A stretch of DNA of 64,000 nt from Lytechinus pictus (lineage: Eukaryota): positions 10,230,001 through 10,294,000 of the forward strand of contig NC_087246.1 of NCBI RefSeq assembly GCF_037042905.1. Reading direction: 5' to 3'. Numbering within the stretch: the first letter of the stretch is position 1; every line of letters starts with the position of its first letter. The translations under genes were made by a program, and so were the position numbers. Of the stretch, positions 59,771 through 64,000 are shown in pieces. The notes below the pieces were generated by a model. That model made no database searches, was not told the DNA's origin, and worked only from the letters and a program-made list of their open reading frames with translations.

Positions 59771-62524
59771 ATGGCTCTCTATCAGACTCTGTACATTCAA
59801 GTAATATTTATGCTTCTCCATGGACTCCTAGTTGGCGTGAGAGTGGATGCTGACGTGGGTGATATCAACACGAGACTTAATCATACATGCTTTTTAAACA
59901 TGACAGAACACTTAGCCAATTGCTCATATCGTGATCTCCCGTCGATTCCTCAAAACCTTCCCCATGATATACGTTCTCTTAACGTATCTGACAATAAAAT
60001 ATCTGCGCTCTTGGATACATCGTTTACGAACTACTCACTGATTGATACTCTAGACTGTAGTTATAACTCTATAGACTTCATCCACAATAAAACGTTTCAT
60101 GGTCTTACGTATCTTAAGATATTGATGCTCCAACACAACAAAATATGGTTCCTCCCTATTTCCCTCCTGGAGGAAAATATTCACATCTCCTTGCTAATCC
60201 TTCATCACAATAGACTTACTGAAATTTCTCCTGTTTTTAGGCAAACTGTACATTCTATAGGGGAAGATGGCGACGTTGGATGTAAAAATTTGTCACGATT
60301 TGATTTGTCTTTCAATAGAATCACATCAGTAGAGAAGGAAGATTTCGTAGGTGTTCAGCATTGTTTCATTGATAGCTTTTACTTAAGTGCTAACCGAATA
60401 AAGAGTCTCCCTCGTGGTGTTTTCACATACCTGCCTGCAGTCAATTTACTCATCAATCACATAGAATTACATGAATTCATCACCGCTTCTTTCATTGGTA
60501 ATAAAGCGATAGTCAAAGCGACTATAACTAGGTCAGGAATAAGATCTATTATTCCCATGAATATATCGACTATTCCAACTAATCTTTTGCCAGGTGTGAA
60601 TAAGCTTTACCTTCAATCCAATAAACTATTAACTATCCCAAGTTATGCCCTGCGAGGGTTTGAACATCTCCAAATTCTAGACATTGGATCAAATCATATC
60701 ACTAGTGTGCATGGGGATTCCTTCTGTGGCCTTAAGTCGCTGGTTAGTTTGAGGTTAGCTGTGAATAAAATAAAAACTCTTCCCCTTAACTCATTTGCTT
60801 GTGCCCAGAAACTTGAACGAATTGATTTGTCACATAACGAAATTTTTGAATTAGATCCTGCGTGGTTTAACGGAAGTCAGCGACTACAAACTCTGATAGT
60901 ATACAAGAGCAACGTAAAAGACATACATCCCGTACCGTGGAATGTATCTAATCTTCAAAGTTTAACGTTGAGTAATAATAATGTTCGTTCTATCAACAGA
61001 TATTCGTTCATCGGATTAAGTAGCCTACGAGTTCTTGATTTAACAAGGAACCGTGAACCACTCGATATTGCCATGGATGCATTTGTACAAAATTATAATT
61101 TAGAAAGGATCATCATGGAAGATTTGATCAAATTGAATTTGAATGGTTGTTTCAGCAATATGCATCGCCTGAATTTCCTAGATTTGTCATATTCTGCAAG
61201 CCGCTTAGATATTTCATCTCGTGACCAATTTAAAAATACGTCGGCACTGAGAACTTTGAATTTGACCAGAACATACCTCCAAACAGAAGATTTAGTTCAA
61301 TTCAAGGGCCGTGTGCCATTGTTTTCAGGTCTAGTCTCATTGATCATTCTTAACTTGCAACACAATCATTTTAATGATTTCCAATCAGTTCCTAATGCAT
61401 TTACTCCACTTTACAATCTTCAGGAACTAGATCTAACAGACTGTCGCATAGAACGCATCGATTCCCGGATATTTAGGAATCTTTCGTCACTGAGAAAGCT
61501 CTCATTGGCCGTGAACGACATCAAAGATGTCCCTGAAGAAACTTTTCACGATTTAACAAATTTACGTATCCTCAGGCTAGAATTTAACGCTGTTGCGGTG
61601 ATTGGGAAACATCTGTTTTCCAGAACATCGTATCTCAAAGTATTATCCGTCAACAACAATCAAATTTCCACGATAGACCCCTTTACAGTATTTCCAATAA
61701 ATCTACAAACATTAGTCATTGCGAACAATCCTTTCACATGTACTTGTCAGCTTGCATGGTTCCGGGAGTGGATAGACAAGGTGAATGTAGATGTCTATGA
61801 GAAAAATGACACTCGTTGTTCTAGTACCTCGTTGGGAACGTTGAATAACCACACTCTTTGGTCGTTTAACCCAAGAGATTACTGCGGAGTCGATATATAT
61901 CTTATTGTAGGTGTATCTCTGGCCGTCGTGTCTGTTCTGTCAATAGGAATTCTTGTATATGTGAAGCGGTGGTGGTTGAACTACAAGATGTTCCTTTTGA
62001 AGTTAGCCATCGTTGGGTATCAAGAATTTATTGAAGATCGTACAGCCGATGACTACGAGTATCAACTTAACTTGATGTTTCAGGAAGATAACGAGGAGTG
62101 GGTCAATGACAGCATGAAACCGTTCCTGGAAGAGAGGATGCCACACTTGGAACATATCGTCTTCGGGGATAGAGATCTACATCCAGGGTTTTTCTATCTT
62201 GACGCCATATGTGACGTCATCGAAAACAGTCACAAAACGGTCCTTTTGCTTAGCAACCAGTCGGTGAAGGATCCATGGTTCATGACTAAGCTCCGAATGT
62301 CCGTGGAACATATGAATGATACCAAGTTGGAGAAAGTTATCCTCATATTCTTGGAGGATATAGAAAATGACCACCTCCCGTATCTTGTCAGGCTTCTGTT
62401 GAGTCGAAACAAACCTCACCTGCTTTGGGTGGATGATGATGAAGATGGACAAGAATTATTCTGGGCGAAGTTTCAGAAGAGTTTGAAGGCTAACAGAGAA
62501 ATGAATAATGTAATCCCAGTATAA
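59771..62524 (+). CDS. TLR: Toll-like receptor, intronless, single-cysteine-cluster type (signal peptide, LRRNT, many LRRs, LRRCT, TM, TIR), 917 aa
   Basis: Single open ORF. Features in order: hydrophobic N-terminus; LRRNT (TCFLN..ANCSYRDLPSIP); repeated LxxLxLxxNxI; LRRCT NPFTCTCQLAWFREW..RC..DYC; TM segment IYLIVGVSLAVVSVLSIGILVYV; TIR with BB-loop GDRDLHPG, IENSHKTVLLLS, VILIFLEDI and FWAKF. Intronless TLRs of this form are the expanded echinoid class. Confidence 0.97.
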   Translation: MALYQTLYIQVIFMLLHGLLVGVRVDADVGDINTRLNHTCFLNMTEHLANCSYRDLPSIPQNLPHDIRSLNVSDNKISALLDTSFTNYSLIDTLDCSYNSIDFIHNKTFHGLTYLKILMLQHNKIWFLPISLLEENIHISLLILHHNRLTEISPVFRQTVHSIGEDGDVGCKNLSRFDLSFNRITSVEKEDFVGVQHCFIDSFYLSANRIKSLPRGVFTYLPAVNLLINHIELHEFITASFIGNKAIVKATITRSGIRSIIPMNISTIPTNLLPGVNKLYLQSNKLLTIPSYALRGFEHLQILDIGSNHITSVHGDSFCGLKSLVSLRLAVNKIKTLPLNSFACAQKLERIDLSHNEIFELDPAWFNGSQRLQTLIVYKSNVKDIHPVPWNVSNLQSLTLSNNNVRSINRYSFIGLSSLRVLDLTRNREPLDIAMDAFVQNYNLERIIMEDLIKLNLNGCFSNMHRLNFLDLSYSASRLDISSRDQFKNTSALRTLNLTRTYLQTEDLVQFKGRVPLFSGLVSLIILNLQHNHFNDFQSVPNAFTPLYNLQELDLTDCRIERIDSRIFRNLSSLRKLSLAVNDIKDVPEETFHDLTNLRILRLEFNAVAVIGKHLFSRTSYLKVLSVNNNQISTIDPFTVFPINLQTLVIANNPFTCTCQLAWFREWIDKVNVDVYEKNDTRCSSTSLGTLNNHTLWSFNPRDYCGVDIYLIVGVSLAVVSVLSIGILVYVKRWWLNYKMFLLKLAIVGYQEFIEDRTADDYEYQLNLMFQEDNEEWVNDSMKPFLEERMPHLEHIVFGDRDLHPGFFYLDAICDVIENSHKTVLLLSNQSVKDPWFMTKLRMSVEHMNDTKLEKVILIFLEDIENDHLPYLVRLLLSRNKPHLLWVDDDEDGQELFWAKFQKSLKANREMNNVIPV

Positions 62525-62806
62525 ATGATAACAGATCATAATCAACGAAAATGACTCCTTTAGTTAAGATCATCTCTTATAACTTGCTGTTGTAATTTTA
62601 ATCGTGTGTTGGGATGTGAGGTATGTCTGATGATTGTGTCGACAATGAGAGGGGTGTTTTTGCATTGTTTTTGTTTGAAAAAGAAAAGGTGCATTTTTTA
62701 CTTTGCCCCCACTTTCAACTTTGCTCCGCCGCCCTGTTAACATACCTTGAAATAAAGACTCGAACTTTTTATAGTCATTTATGAATACATAATCTATTGA
62801 ATGTCA

Positions 62807-63345
62807 TTAACGTCCACACAAGCAGAAAAATGTCAATTTGAATAAATAGAAGAAAATCCAACAAGCCTAACGCTGAAAATTTTATCAAATTGGATGTAAA
62901 ATAAGAAAGTTTTGACATTTTAAAGTTTCGCATATTTTTCACCAAAAAAGTTGTAATCATTCACAACTCGGTGACATGTAAATGAGAGAGTCAATGATGT
63001 CCATCACTATTTATTTTATTATTCATTGTATAAATTATGCAATGCTTCATTTTTTACTGATTTAATATTAAGGTCCAACTTTACTGAACCATAAGATGTT
63101 AAAACAATGGTAATACCACATGTTCAGGAAGGAATAAATCTTTGTTTCACATGAAAATGAGGAGAAAAATATTTCATATAATGAAATTCATGTGCATACT
63201 GACTAGCATGTGCATTTAACTGTTTCGTTAGATTAACCGATGTGTTTTTACATCCAATTTACATGAAATTTCCAGTGTTATGCTTGTTTTACATTCCCCT
63301 TTTTTATTCAAATCACTTTGTCGTTGGGTGGAGTTGTCTTTTAAA
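62807..63345. mobile_element. Degenerate Kolobok-type palindromic MITE downstream of the TLR
   Basis: Inverted arms ATTTGAATAAA..AACAAGCCTAACGCTGAAAATTT..AAATTGGATGTAAAA versus TTTTACATCCAATTT..AAATTTCCAGTGTTATGCTTGTT..TTTATTCAAAT. The right end finishes at TTAA. A related fragment is at 4764-4930. Confidence 0.6.
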
Positions 63346-64000
63346 TGGGTTTTTCCGACCCCTCACTCACAAATTAGTGGAGTTTATTTATAGACTCTTT
63401 CGATTTGCCATTTTATTGTTAGAAATGGTATGATGAGCTCGTAGATCCGGATCACTAGGTATTAATGTGGACAACCCCCCCCCAACAAAATACATTAACG
63501 CGCTTCTTTCTCACGATAACCCATTTTCACTATCATTAAGAATGTAATGCGTTTAGAAAATTCATTCATATAACTATAATAATGGAGATACAAACACAGA
63601 TTATATCCGTGTTATAATTATGAAAGTCCTTTTATTAGTATCTATATCTCATTAAGTGATGCAATGAAAATGTCTTCAAACTGCTGTAGAAAAATCAAGA
63701 ATATTCATGTTTTAGAAAATTAATGAATTACAACAAGAGCTTATCTAAGTGTCTCTTATTTCAACGAAACAAAATAAATAAACAAACAAAAAAATCAAGG
63801 AATTCTTTCTGGTATAGATTGCCCCAAAAATGGAATGACGCTCTTCCAGAATATTTCATTTCTGAGTCAAGATGTTTTATGTTTTCATCTTGCCCTTTTA
63901 AAACCAAATGATTGTTCGATCACTAATTACGGAATCAGTAAACGCCGCTACGATTGTCGAAGCTCTTATGCAATAAGTTTGCCAAATTCATATCCGTTTC

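Noticed and set aside
62177-62452. Antisense ORFs over the TIR domain
   Set aside because: Short shadow ORFs of the TLR coding strand with no independent support.

Overview
AT-rich, intron-rich metazoan genomic DNA. It is most consistent with a sea urchin (echinoid), inferred from the intronless echinoid-style Toll-like receptor and the repeat families. I could assemble four protein-coding genes by hand. (1) A 12-exon UFD1 on + (14540-25373, 308 aa), whose intron 5 is a minor-spliceosome (U12-type) GT-AG intron. (2, 3) Two tandem 12-exon SEC14L2-like CRAL-TRIO+GOLD lipid-binding paralogs on - (40315-30265, 390 aa; 52565-43733, 402 aa), which use paralog-specific rare splice sites (one GC donor, two GAG acceptors). 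(4) An intronless LRR-TM-TIR Toll-like receptor on + (59771-62524). The rest is dense in non-autonomous DNA transposons with readable TIRs and TSDs: a TAGAC..GTCTA family with 9-bp TSDs (one copy holds a nested GG..CC element with an 8-bp TSD and a CRISPR-looking minisatellite), Kolobok/TTAA, Harbinger/CWG, hAT-like and Tc1/TA MITEs. There is also a 5'-truncated LINE, a tRNA-derived SINE, a ~104-bp minisatellite, and two near-identical tandem duplications (4.2 kb and 0.8 kb) that may be assembly artefacts. I found no evidence of a new autonomous multi-gene system. The most unusual items are the splice-site oddities, the nested transposon architecture and the CpG-motif arrays inside one TIR family.
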